From NCBI GenBank assembly GCA_023213395.1, contig CM041465.1, positions 175,653,741-175,717,740 on the forward strand: a stretch of DNA of 64,000 nt, given 5' to 3'. Positions 52,600 through 64,000 of this stretch are shown in pieces. Each line of letters opens with the position of its first letter. Position 1 is the first letter of the stretch. The notes under the pieces are model-generated. The model did no database searches. It had not been told where the DNA came from and saw only the letters and a list, made by a program, of their open reading frames with translations. A program made the translations under genes and the position numbers. This DNA comes from Cycas panzhihuaensis. Its lineage: Eukaryota; Plantae; Cycadophyta.

Positions 52600-53480
52600 T
52601 TCAAGCTTTCAAACGCATTCTCTAATAGATAGATCTGTTGTATGTGCTTCAAAAAATTACAGATCTGAAAAATGAACTTAAAAATATAGCTAAATATATG
52701 ATGAAAATTATAGATCTGAAATGAAATATAGCAAATCTAAACTGAATGTTGCAGATCTGCAACGAGTATACTAAAAAATGCTGAAATAATTGCTGAAATA
52801 AATAGATGTGAACTAAATGTAGTAAAAAATACTGAAAAACTTAATAAAATAAGCAGATCTTAAGCTAAATATTACAGATCTAACGTAAGTATAACAGATC
52901 TAAAAAATATAAGGTAGATCTTAAAGAAATATAGCTCAAATATGAGAAAAAACTTATGTAAATATTGTATGCAGCTACAATCCTGCACAGATCTGTAAAA
53001 ATATAGGACAAATAAATAGAAATATACTTGAAAAATGCCAAATATTTAATAGAAAAAATATAGATATGAGAAAATATATCACAAATATGAATAAAACTTG
53101 TATAAATCTTACATGCAGTTGAAAATCCTTTACAAATCTTTGAAAAAATGTAGCTTGTAATTGAAATCTACTAATCTCCTTCATAGATCTAGAAATATAG
53201 ACAAGAATCTGCCAAAAAATGGTGAAATATATGATAAAAAATATAAATCTGAACAAATATAGCTCAAATCTGATAAAAAACTTGGATAAATATGGCTTGC
53301 TGTTGAAATCCTTCACAAATCTTTAAAAAAATATAGCTAGTAGCTGAAATCCTTTACAAATCTGCATAAATATAACTCATATATGAAAAAACCTTTGAAA
53401 AAATGTAGCTTGTAGCTAAAATTCTTCATAAATCTACACAAATCTATGAAAAATCTGAAATATCTTTGTGATTTTTTAAA
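52600..53480. repeat. Degenerate A-rich repeat region (agatct, aaatatagct, gaaatcctt units) in the leader of element F
   Basis: About ten agatct hexamers, plus repeated ttgaaaaaatgtagcttgta and aaatcctttacaaatct blocks. Confidence 0.7.
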
Positions 53481-54449
53481 TATAACTGAATAATAAGTAA
53501 ATCTTGATGAAAAATATATAAAACTTGCTAAAAAAATTATGCAGAAAATAAGTATAACCAGTATTTTATTTCCTTGAGTAAATCTGCCTCAAAATCTTTT
53601 TGCTTCTTTGAAAATTTTCAACAGGTCAGTAATTGACCGCTCTGATACCAAATGTAGGAAAAAATATGCAAGGAGAACATAACAGAACATAGAATAAACT
53701 TCAATAAGATGAATACATCAATACAAATCTTCAATACATCAATGTTGCAATGTAGCATAAACCATGAAAGTATTGTATTCAAGCCATATTATGAGAAGTG
53801 AGCATTACAAATTTTCCAAATGAGGGCGGTGTATAAAGACACCAGGGTTGCACACCCCTCAATATTTATAATTTTGGGGGAGGAGGGAAACTCCTCAACC
53901 CTTGAAATTCAAATTAACAATAAAATAATGCTAACTTAACTAAAATAAAACTAACTCAAATTAACATTAACTTACCTACACATATTGAACACCCACATGT
54001 ATAAAATGAGGTTGATGAGGTGTACAATCCTGGTTGGAAGGTGGGAGTGGAGTGATAACAATTAACTCCAATACATATTATATTTTGTTATGTTATGCTC
54101 TATATTTCAAATATGGTATCTGAGTTGAAATTATAAATTCTAATAATATGGATCCAACATCACATTTGAAGTTGTTGTGTGACAATGGATTAAATATTAA
54201 GATGGAGATATTGGATAATGTTTAATCCATGAGTTATTAGATTTGTGATATCTTCGCTTATATGCACTGTGAGGTCAAAGTACACACATTTCTTCAAATT
54301 TCAGTCGTTGGTTAACTACGTGGTTCCTAGTGTATGAGTATATACCCATGTAGTAATATGTACGATTTTATAATGCAAATTAGAGATAATCATTTCGCCT
54401 AAAGGGTTGTGTATTATGTTGTAGTATATGTTTCATTTCTTTGTCCTAT

Positions 54450-55130
54450 ATATATTTTACATAGTCTTAATGTATTTAATATTATGCATTCATAATATCA
54501 AATTGTGTAAATTTTAACAACTAGATTACTAGCTTATGTGTTGCTGAATTAAAATAATTACTTTGCTCTAGTACTTTATGTCAAAGGTACTCATGTATAA
54601 TGCAACTTAGTAGCCCTTGTGTCCATTGTCAAACTTTATATAAATAAGTGCCTCTTATGGGTCCAATGATTACTAAGATTAGTTATGTAGATTAATTAAA
54701 ATTTGGTGATTATCACATCTATTGAGTTCCTTGTAGGTAGGTGCATGTATGCCATGTGTGGTGTGTGGGCATCCAATGCCATCATGATATGATCATGTTA
54801 GATTAATGGTGTATGTGCTATTATATTAAAATAATTACTCTACATTACTAGTTTGAGCCCAAGGGCCTCTTGTATAATGTAATCTAGTAGTCTTTGAACC
54901 CACCATCTAAATTTAGATGGGAAAATCTTTGTTTCTTTAGCATGGTAAGACATGCACAAACTGTTAAGTAAAATAATCCAGTGAAATTGGGATGCCCAAT
55001 GTTTATGTAGGTAGATTTTGAGATTTTTTTAACCTCTATGATAACATGTTCATATTTGTCATCAAAATAGGCACAATAAGGCTTCATTCTCTTACATGTA
55101 TGCTTTATACACACCTCATAAAGTATCATA
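54450..55130 (-). mobile_element. Possible very old copia 3' end and LTR remnant
   Basis: ORF 54884-55129 faintly resembles a copia RH tail running into a purine tract; AT-rich LTR-like sequence follows. Confidence 0.3.
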
Positions 55131-55802
55131 GCATGTTGTCAAAATGTTTGAAGAAATGTCATAGAGAACATTTGAATCATAAGCATAACAAAACAACTCA
55201 ATGGCATGCTATCTAAGAAGAAATTTTAATTCATAAATGCATAGTCATTAAACTACTAGCACTCAATTTGAATAGAAATATTGATGTGGAATATTATTAT
55301 TTCCATCCATAAATGTTGATTTCCAAAGTGGACAAGGAATCCACAATCCAAGTCATGTTTTAGCTAAATTTGATTGACTTTTAAGGGACATAACAATATT
55401 TATAATTGTATTATAAATTAAACTTTCACTTAATTATCGCATATAATTGCATCAACACATGATAACTTACTTATAAAGAAGGCTAGCACAACATACTTAG
55501 TATTCCTCTTATGCAAATTTACTTATTGAAATAATAAGGTCTATAACATTAATGACTATTCACTTTCTCATGCTTCCTCGCACTTCCATTGACCTATTTT
55601 TAGTATGGATAACATTTTAGAACATCAAAAGTATAACTATATAGCTTCTTACTTCCTCATTATTATTTGTTGCTACATGCAAATGGGGTAAAATGCTTGA
55701 TTAAAAAAGGTATGCATGTAACATACAATGGTTAAAATATCTAAAAATAATATCAATGAATAGGGAAATGATCATTCACCTTTGAACAAAAGGAATACTA
55801 TT

Positions 55803-58800
55803 TGTTAGAATATGTGTCCATACCACCTAATGTAAAGTGGGCCTCCCTATTTTTATGCCTAATTATGTGGAGGAATATTCTTGATTATAGTGAGTGAGTG
55901 ATATAATTTGTAATTATATTTAGTACTTTAGATCTAGAAATATAGATCAAAGTCCAACTCTGTAATATATATTGGTTTATCAAAATGTGGCCTTGTTTGC
56001 TTTAATTACATTTTCTAACATGGTATTAGAGCATGTAGGTCATGAACATATAGATGAACATTGTCAAAGGTCCAATAGATGGTGCCAGGTCATGTTGGCT
56101 TGCCCTAAGCAAATTGGTATGCCCGGTGACCCTACAAAATAGCCACAGTAGTGCAGATGATCGATGATGGATCTTGGGAGCCTTCTATCATTATTTGTAG
56201 GTACTCTGAGATATATGGAGGTGTGTGAATGAGTTTTGACTCCAGTGCCAACCATGTGAGTGTCATTTGAGCCTGTTGAAGGTGTCAGATCCCCATTTGA
56301 CGATGCCTCAAAGTTTGGTTACCCTAAAGTTAATTGCCAGCACTCTGTTTCCAATGGGAGAGTGCAGAAACCCTAACACATTGTTGCGGTGCCATGGAAT
56401 GATAAATATGGTCAATATCAAAGGTATGCTTAGTATATTTATCACTTGGTCGATAAATTTAGGGTTTGAATAATATATTTTACCCATATAACTATATGTT
56501 GAATCACTGCCTTTGCGTGGTGATATGTAAACTGCCCTCTATTATTATATTTTGATTTGTGTATGCATTATTATTAGTCACCTTAGTATAATAATACATA
56601 CTACAATTCGACAGCTGTGTGATATATTTTCTAGTTGTATATATTTGCCATCATATATATAAGTTGCCCAACTGACTGGTTGATATATTTATACGGAGAT
56701 TGTAACTGTGTGTAATATGGTCATCCGCCCATTGATATTATTTGATCTCTATGTCGCCCACATGATTAAATCATTCACTGGCTTGCATATCAGTGGCATT
56801 TTTTTATTTGAGTTTCAACCACTGTTAATATATATTATTTTTTGATTTATTCAATCGCTCGTTGTTGAATAATTTATTCACTATGTGAGTTTGTCCTATC
56901 GTAGATCCTTATTTGATTGACATCTATTTGATATGTTAATTAATGTTGGCTTGCCACTAGTTTATATTTATGCTGTCATCAAGTATTTGTAAAAGTCACC
57001 AGTATATATATGCAAGTTGCAGCTTACCGTTATACCTTACGCGAGCTATTGTCGTTTTTATATTGTAGTTGTCCCATTTAATTTGGACGTTTATACTATG
57101 TCACCGCCTACATTAGAGAGTCACCAATTTTTTAGCCTATGTGATTTATTTGAATCACAAATAATATTACATTGCAATCACCTCTGTTATTTGCATCACC
57201 GGTTGATTAAGTCACACATTCAACCCATTATTATATTAAATCGATTAATTGGAGTCGTATATAATTGACCCATTTAATATGATTTTATTAAATCATTTGA
57301 TTTAATATTTTATTGTGTTCACCATGTTCGTCACTTTGAGTTTATAAAGTTGACTTTCGACTTTATATTTTCATATTATTACTTCATTTGATAAAATTAT
57401 TTCATAATATACGATTACCCTTAATATATTTGGAGTTATTTTATTGGTGCCCTTTTTTATTTATATACATTGTCATCAGATGATACCTTTTTCAATAACC
57501 CTATTTAGGTATTTTGATGAATGCATATACCTTGTTAAAGTGGCATAAAAGGCTTGGCTTCAAGATGATATATGGTGACGTAAATAAGGCAACTTTGTGT
57601 GATGGTTTGGTAAAGTGGTGAGTGGTCTTTGTTACATGCCTTTGCATGACAAAGTTTATTAGGAAATATTTGAGGCCCTCTTACGTATATTTTACATGAG
57701 AGATGCTGGCGATTTGAGGTGATGTTATGGCGATTTGATTTGTGAGAAGAGAGTGCATTAAGTACATTTCGGTTATGGGCGAGAGTAGGCGATTTGAGGC
57801 ATGTTTGTTGGGTGATATTGGTGATTGGCTATCTCTTTGCATGAGAGATGATTGATCAACGAGAAAGGTGAGATGCGGTACTTGTTGGATGTGTATTACA
57901 TGGCAAGATTAGGCAAGAGTTTGGGCAGGAGAAGGGCAAAATTGGGCATGTTTGAGGGCAAGTATGAGGGAAATGATGGGCGAGTTTAGGGTGAGGAAGA
58001 GCATGAGATACCTTAGCTACTTCATTGCAATTTAATACAAACTATGTTACTTTAGTCAGTGTAGCATAGATCATTACATGAGTTATGTGTTTATTCAGTA
58101 ATATAAGTGTGGTTGATTTAGTGAAATAAGTGTGGTTGTTCAATTATATTCGAGTTTAGTTGCATTAGAAGTGTATGAGATGATGAAGTTCAGAATTTGC
58201 TTGTATAATTTTCATTTATGATGGATCATTATACTTTGATTAGTTAGACTGTTAACATAAGGTTTGTGGCCTGGTTTGATGCTAGTTTAATATGGATGTA
58301 TATTTGAACAAGTTTGATGTGGAACTCAAACATAGTGTTGATGAAATTTAAAGTGTAAAAGGAAAGGTCAAAGACGAGATGCCTTAAAATTAGCTATGCC
58401 TTTATCATGGTATATATAGTGGTTTGTAAGGTTGCATTGCAGGTGTGTATCATGATGCAGATGGCGAGGTTAGGTGCATGCTGCGGTTTGTCTCCCATGG
58501 TTTATTGGCAGAAGCTGTAACAGACATGTATGGGTATCCCTGTTGTGATTGTTTATGGCATATATTTTCCCTCTTATTTTGTGTTTGGACCAAGTCAGAT
58601 GCCTTCTATTTATTTCCTTTAGTGCATTGGAGTGCACACATATTAAACAAAGGTTGCAACTACATGATTGCAAGAGTTTGAAGCATATTAGTTGTTTAGC
58701 CTACAAACAGTGTGATATGTAGGGGAATGCATTGTGATCAGTCTAGATGTCATGTTGCAGAGTTTATGACGTATCATGCTAAATGTCATTTAGTTACAGG

Positions 58801-59947
58801 TTTTATCCTTCATTACTTCACTTTTCTAAGTCATTATTCAGTAGGTGTGGAGGTTTGTTTGCCTAACATTATGCTTGAGATCGAAGTAGGACCTAGTGAG
58901 AGATTGATGATGAGGAGCTGTTAGATGATGAGACATGGATTGCAAACCCATATTTCGTTGACAATTGAAGACGTACAGGATGATGGAAGATTGTGGATTA
59001 GCATGCTAGTCAAAGCTTGAGATAGATACCAATGTTCCAACGAGTGTTGAATCACAATGGAGAGTTGTATTGAAGCAAAGAACCTAGTCAGTTTGCAAGT
59101 TGGTAAGCTTGTTGCATAGGATTTCTTGTAGGAAGAAGGATTAAAGTATGATGAGACATTTGCACTAGTCTCTATGTTGCTCTTGGTCCATTTGATCCTT
59201 ACTTTAGCAACTTCAGATAGCCGGGTATCATATTGTATCATATCAGTGTTCCTTAATGAAGACTTGAAGAGGAGATTCACATAGCTCAAGTGGCTCATCC
59301 TCTTAGTTTAGTCAAAGGAATATGCCTGAGTTGAATGGACAAAGTGTCAGGTGTAGAGAGAGCTATATAGTTGTAGGTTTATTAGAATCACATCCAAAGA
59401 ATTGAGCACATATGAGGCGTAACACCATTACATCTAAATTAGGGAAGATCCAGGTTGAAGATTGTCCAAGTAAAGATCGACTTATGGACATGTTCACCAA
59501 GCTCAAACTGAAGATCGCTACATCGATGTTCATGTATATTGGGTTGGGTAAGGTTATCCTTGGGAGGGGATCTATTCCCAATGATAATCCTTATTGTCCC
59601 ACATTTACATTAAGAGGGGATGTTAGAATATGTATCCATACCACCTAATGTAAAGTGGGCCTCCCTATTTTATGCCTAATTATGTGGAGGAATATTCTCG
59701 ATTGTAGTGAGTCGATGATGTAATTTGTAATCATATTTGGCACTTTAGATCTATAAATATAGATCAAAGTCCAACTTTGTAATATATATCAGTTTGTCAT
59801 AATATGAAATATTATTCATTTGTGGGTTTTCACCTGTAAGGGTTTCCCACGACAATTTAGCGTCCCGTGCGATTTGTTCCTGCTTGATATCTACCTGATG
59901 TGAAAGATCTTTGTCGACCTTGTTTGCTTTAATTACATTTTTTAACA
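55803..59947 (+). mobile_element. 4.1-kb internally deleted Ty1/copia element G with TSD CTATT
   Basis: LTRs 55803-56020 and 59621-59947. PBS tggtattagagc 56021-56032. PPT taagagggga 59611-59620. TSD ctatt at 55798-55802 and 59948-59952. RH tail ORF 59412-59648 (IQVEDCPSKDRLMDMFTKL) and RT traces at ~59100-59270. Confidence 0.92.
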
Positions 59948-61868
59948 CTATTGTATTCTACCCATGAATTGGATATTGGGGGGATTTTGTATACTTCTTT
60001 ATTCAATAACAAAAAGTAACACATGCATATCCTAGAATCAACATGCAACAAAAATCAACACATGACAACATATTAAAATTTTCTAAATTAGAGTTCAATA
60101 ATTTGTTGAGCCTAATCAATCACTTTACAACCTAGTAATTTTAAAATAAGGTCTTATGTTATATTTAGAATATTAATTTTTGCATTGGTAGAGTAACCAT
60201 TCCATACCAATTCTCAACTATACTCAAAACCATATTCAATTTTGTTATGGGTCAATCACATATTAATGAGGTGTGGCACCCCACTAACTCATTATAGAAT
60301 TATAACCATCCATACTATAGGTTTGGGATTTCACTGAACAATGGAACAATCCAAAACAATGGCATGTAATAGATGGTGGTCCATCTTTCTTATGTGAAAT
60401 TAGAATCACAACTAATATTTCAACTAAAATCTTGCATAATAATAACATAATATAGGGATTGCAAGGCCTAGATATACATACAATAAATAGGCAATAAGGA
60501 AGGACCCCTTCATTACTCTCTCACATAACTCCCATTAACCAACCATGATGATCAACAATGACTTTAATCCCACATTGATATCATAACAAACCATATAACC
60601 TAAAGACAAGATGCACCCAATTTTGTACATCCCCATTTAAAGCATGCTTACTCAGCTAAGTAATCTTTTATGGATTCCCTTGGCTATGCCCTTTTTTAGT
60701 CATCATGGAAATCTCATAATAATACATGGAAACATGCAATAACAAACACATTTCAACCACAAACATGGCAAAAAGCATGCACTAACCATTATATTATACT
60801 TAAATCTATATGTTGTGACTACTATTTATTAATCCTTATTGTAAAGCATGCAAGGGTGGCCCATTAGTGTTGTTTGCATTAAACGAACCACTCTACTAAC
60901 AATCAATACAAGGGGAAAGAATGTATTATAAATAGGGGCGCGACAATAATGGAAAGAAAAAGGTCCTCTTTGGAGGGCATCCTAAATTTTTAATGATGCC
61001 TTATCTTGTTAGGATCTAAATCCACTCAATATTTTTTTATGTGATAGATATTGCAAAATTAAAGGTGATAAGACCCATGAAACCTTTACCTTTATCTCCC
61101 TTTATAATATATACTTAACCATTAATTTATTAAGATAATAAAAGAAAATGACAATTTTTAATTTACTCCTTGCTCACTTTTGCCTAATATAGGCTCCATT
61201 ATTTTTCATGCTACATACTAGATGACAATGGTGTTGGTTTTATACTTTTAAAGTTGCCCTCAATAATAGATGGGTCTCACTACTTCATTCCTACTGTAAT
61301 GACATGATTTCCACACCCTTTAGATACCCTTGACATAAAAGGTATGAGAGCCCTTGGTTTGGAAATTTAAGGCCTCATTATTCTTAAGAGCTTAAATTAC
61401 CATGGTTCACTTATGTTGTTTTCCAATTAGAGCTTAACCTTTACGTGATCAATTATATTTAAGCTTCTAATTTGATAATTATTCTTGCTCATATTTAATG
61501 TTTTTCTTTTTTTCTTTTCCTAATCTTTTGAGACTTGAAACTGGTTAGCATATCAAACAAAAAATACTTGTAATTATATGCAACATCTCCCATTTTAAAC
61601 TAGTCTACCAAATTCTAAAACTAGTCCTATATAATTTGTGATGAGTATATTGGGAGATTCAATGCTTGTTTATATCAATTAGCTTTGTGAAATTTGTTTC
61701 ACATTGTCTTATAGTGTCAGAAGATATAAGTAGGTACAAGGAAAGAAAAGAGAACTGCATAGAATTCCATGGTCGATATTATCAACTTTTAATTAAATGT
61801 AGACACCATGTGTGTGTGTGTGGGTGCATGCACACATTGGTGTTAGCATAATAAAAGTAATCAAACTT

Positions 61869-62084
61869 GCATTTTGCTTCAAAAGAAAGGCATTATTCAA
61901 CTTTGACATTCCTTATTTGTACTCCATAAATACCTATTCACTCAATCATGAATTCAACAATCTATAGACAAATTTAACTCGCATTTTGCTTCAAAAGAAA
62001 GTCATTCAACTTTGACATTCCTTATTGTACTCAATAAATACATATTCACTCAAGCATGAATTCAACAATTTATAGATAAATTTA
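61869..62084. repeat. Tandem duplication of a ~110-bp unit
   Basis: gcattttgcttcaaaagaaag...catgaattcaacaat.tataga.aaattta begins at 61869 and again at 61981. Confidence 0.9.
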
Positions 62085-62873
62085 TTTGTATAAGAAATAA
62101 ATTTTCCTTTAATAACTAGATTACTATAATGTTTGGGAATAATCCTTCCACCTAGCTCTTGAATCTTATTCCTCAAAGTTATTTCTCAGTGAACTACATA
62201 ATTGTATTAATAATTGAGACATAAGCCTTTCCTTAGAAAAATCTAAAAAGATAAAATTTGGAGGAAAAAATAGAAAAACAAGATTTCCAATTTTGATACC
62301 CTTTCTTCAATTTATCATCTCGTCTCTTTCATATAAACTTAGATTCTAACGAAACTTACGCTCTTGGCAACTAGAGGAAAATCTTTAACACTTACATGTA
62401 TTGTAATAATTATTTGGAGTTAATGTATACTCTACTATGAGCTTTTTAATCATATTAAACAACACGTAATAAATTTGAGTATGCAAATACACGTTTGTTG
62501 AGAAATTGATTGACTTCAAAGTTACGAACTCCGTTTCTAACAATCGAAAATGTTTTGAAGCTTCGAAGTTATTCTTCCAATTTAATATGAAAACTACTGC
62601 AAAAAGTATATAACATTTCTTGATATTTTCCTTCGATAGAATTTATCGTACAGTTTTTACTTTAACGAAAGTCTGAATCGATAAGTTGTTAAAGTATACC
62701 GCGAAATCCAAACGTATAAAGGCACTTACCGGATACAAATTTTGGAGTGATGCAGAAACAAAAACATAATATGAAATAAAAGCACGCAGAATTCCATCTT
62801 CTTCCAGCTGAAAAGGACACGCACGGTGCTGCCATTATTTATGTTATATATTGTTAAATACGATAGCAATTAA

Positions 62874-64000
62874 TTATTGGTGCCATGGTATAATGAGGTC
62901 AAAGTTCTTTCCAATTGGAAGAGAAAGACCAGAAACCTCTATAACATGAGGACTGCTATTATCTCCAACGTCTTGTGTTGAACGAGTTGTGATCCTCTTC
63001 ATAGATGACGAGGGAGAAACATCCAGAGTCTTTCCATCCACGCTCACTTTTAACTTCAATTTTTTTTGTTCCGCACAATCGCTATTGGTAGAAGAGGAAG
63101 AAGAATTGAATCCCAACACGATAACCTTTTGGAGAATCCATCCCTCTGCTATTGCATACTCTCCCATTTGTACTTGTGATCTGAGTCTCAGTCCTGTCTT
63201 TTGAATAGTTGCATAGAACTCCACATAGCTTGATTTACCCTTCTCTATTCTCATCTCCAAATCCTCTCCACTGTCTAAATATAGATCTCCATTGGCTTCA
63301 GTCTTATCCCCCAAAGCAACTAACAGGGTAAACGGACTTCTTCTAGCTTCCCTCGTTGTCATACCCACTTCTTGCATTGGCAATATGGTCCCTTCATACA
63401 CATGAACGTTGATTGTGTCCAAGGGAGCTTCAACTCTGACTTGTGAACCGCTGCTCACTTTTATTGAATCCGAGACATTAAACAGATTGTACCAAGTCCC
63501 CTTTGGAAAATATGCATCCACAGATGTTGCCCCTTGCTTTAAAACAGGAGACACTAAAATCCCCTTACCCAACAGAAATTGAGTGCTGATTCCCAATGTA
63601 TAAGGATCTTCAGGGAATGTAAAGAAGAGAGGCCTTGCAATTGGGGATCCCTTACGGTGGGCTTCAAAAGACAATGTGTAGAGATGTGGAAGAAGACGGT
63701 ATCTCAGACCTAGTGCTTTCCTTGCAGACTTTGTAACAGATTTCCATAAGTAGAGCTCTTGACGAATGGTAGTCTTGTCTGAATGATCTCTTGAGAATGG
63801 GTAAAAGGAACCCAATTGAATCCATCTGTTGCAAAGTTCTTCTGTCGTGTCTCCTGAAAATCCACAGATATCAGCGCCTACCATTGGGACCCCAAATAAT
63901 CCAAAACTTAGCATTGTAGGTATGGAATACCAGAGATCATCCCATGTTGCAGCATTATCTCCTGTCCAATGTGCAGCATGGGCTCCAGATCCAACAAATG
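62874..64000 (-). CDS. Glycoside hydrolase family 31 alpha-glucosidase/alpha-xylosidase, C-terminal coding exon (5' part outside the window)
   Basis: Frame is open from the window edge: FVGSGAHAAHWTGDNAATWDDLWYSIPTMLSFGLFGVPMVGADICGF...EELCNRWIQLGSFYPFSRDH. Includes the GH31 acid/base motif HWTGDN. No stops until 62874. Confidence 0.96.
   Translation of the reverse strand, partial: FVGSGAHAAHWTGDNAATWDDLWYSIPTMLSFGLFGVPMVGADICGFSGDTTEELCNRWIQLGSFYPFSRDHSDKTTIRQELYLWKSVTKSARKALGLRYRLLPHLYTLSFEAHRKGSPIARPLFFTFPEDPYTLGISTQFLLGKGILVSPVLKQGATSVDAYFPKGTWYNLFNVSDSIKVSSGSQVRVEAPLDTINVHVYEGTILPMQEVGMTTREARRSPFTLLVALGDKTEANGDLYLDSGEDLEMRIEKGKSSYVEFYATIQKTGLRLRSQVQMGEYAIAEGWILQKVIVLGFNSSSSSTNSDCAEQKKLKLKVSVDGKTLDVSPSSSMKRITTRSTQDVGDNSSPHVIEVSGLSLPIGKNFDLIIPWHQ

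Larger units (their letters stand above)
48057..54073 (-). mobile_element. 6-kb non-autonomous copia-type LTR element F with TSD CATAT, carrying host-gene sequence
   Basis: LTRs 48057-48487 and 53653-54073. Perfect PBS complement gctctgatacca 53639-53650. PPT complement ttctccccctt 48488-48498. TSD catat at 48052-48056 and 54074-54078. Confidence 0.93.
41266..54113 (+). repeat. Copia-type LTR (~475 bp net) split by elements D and F: pieces 41266-41438, 47790-48056, 54079-54113
   Basis: Begins TG after the PPT. Pieces are joined via the TSDs of the two insertions. Followed by PBS-like tggtatctgagt 54114-54125. Confidence 0.6.

Noticed and set aside
52975-53316. Hydrophobic 113-aa ORF suggesting an env-like membrane protein
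   Set aside because: F/I/L richness follows from the T-rich repeat strand; it lies in the leader, not after pol.
60840-61000. TATA-containing LTR- or promoter-like patch (tataaataggggcgcg)
   Set aside because: No partner repeat, PBS/PPT or downstream gene on that strand.
62989-63204. Plus-strand 71-aa ORF
   Set aside because: Antisense shadow of the GH31 CDS.

Overview
AT-rich, CpG-depleted land-plant genomic DNA (large-genome, gymnosperm-like by element architecture; host is an inference). About 1-60 kb is a stack of nested, decayed LTR retrotransposons. It holds three chromodomain Ty3/gypsy elements, one Tat-type gypsy element, one full-length Ty1/copia and several non-autonomous derivatives. 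Five elements have two LTRs plus a readable 5-bp TSD. The only intact host gene is the 3' part of a GH31 alpha-glucosidase/alpha-xylosidase on the minus strand (62874 to window end). Most notable: (i) a 6-kb non-autonomous copia-type LTR element (48057-54073, TSD CATAT) with an antisense, CpG-retaining passenger segment that includes a fragment of plant RanGAP; (ii) a Tat element whose ~6-kb 3' region holds a free-standing archaeal-type RNase H downstream of integrase, an antisense plant-mobile-domain remnant and a much-repeated motif; (iii) mini-elements with condensed or scrambled gag/pol fragments; (iv) single LTRs flanked by both PPT and PBS. All alignments and translations were done by eye; boundaries without a TSD are approximate.
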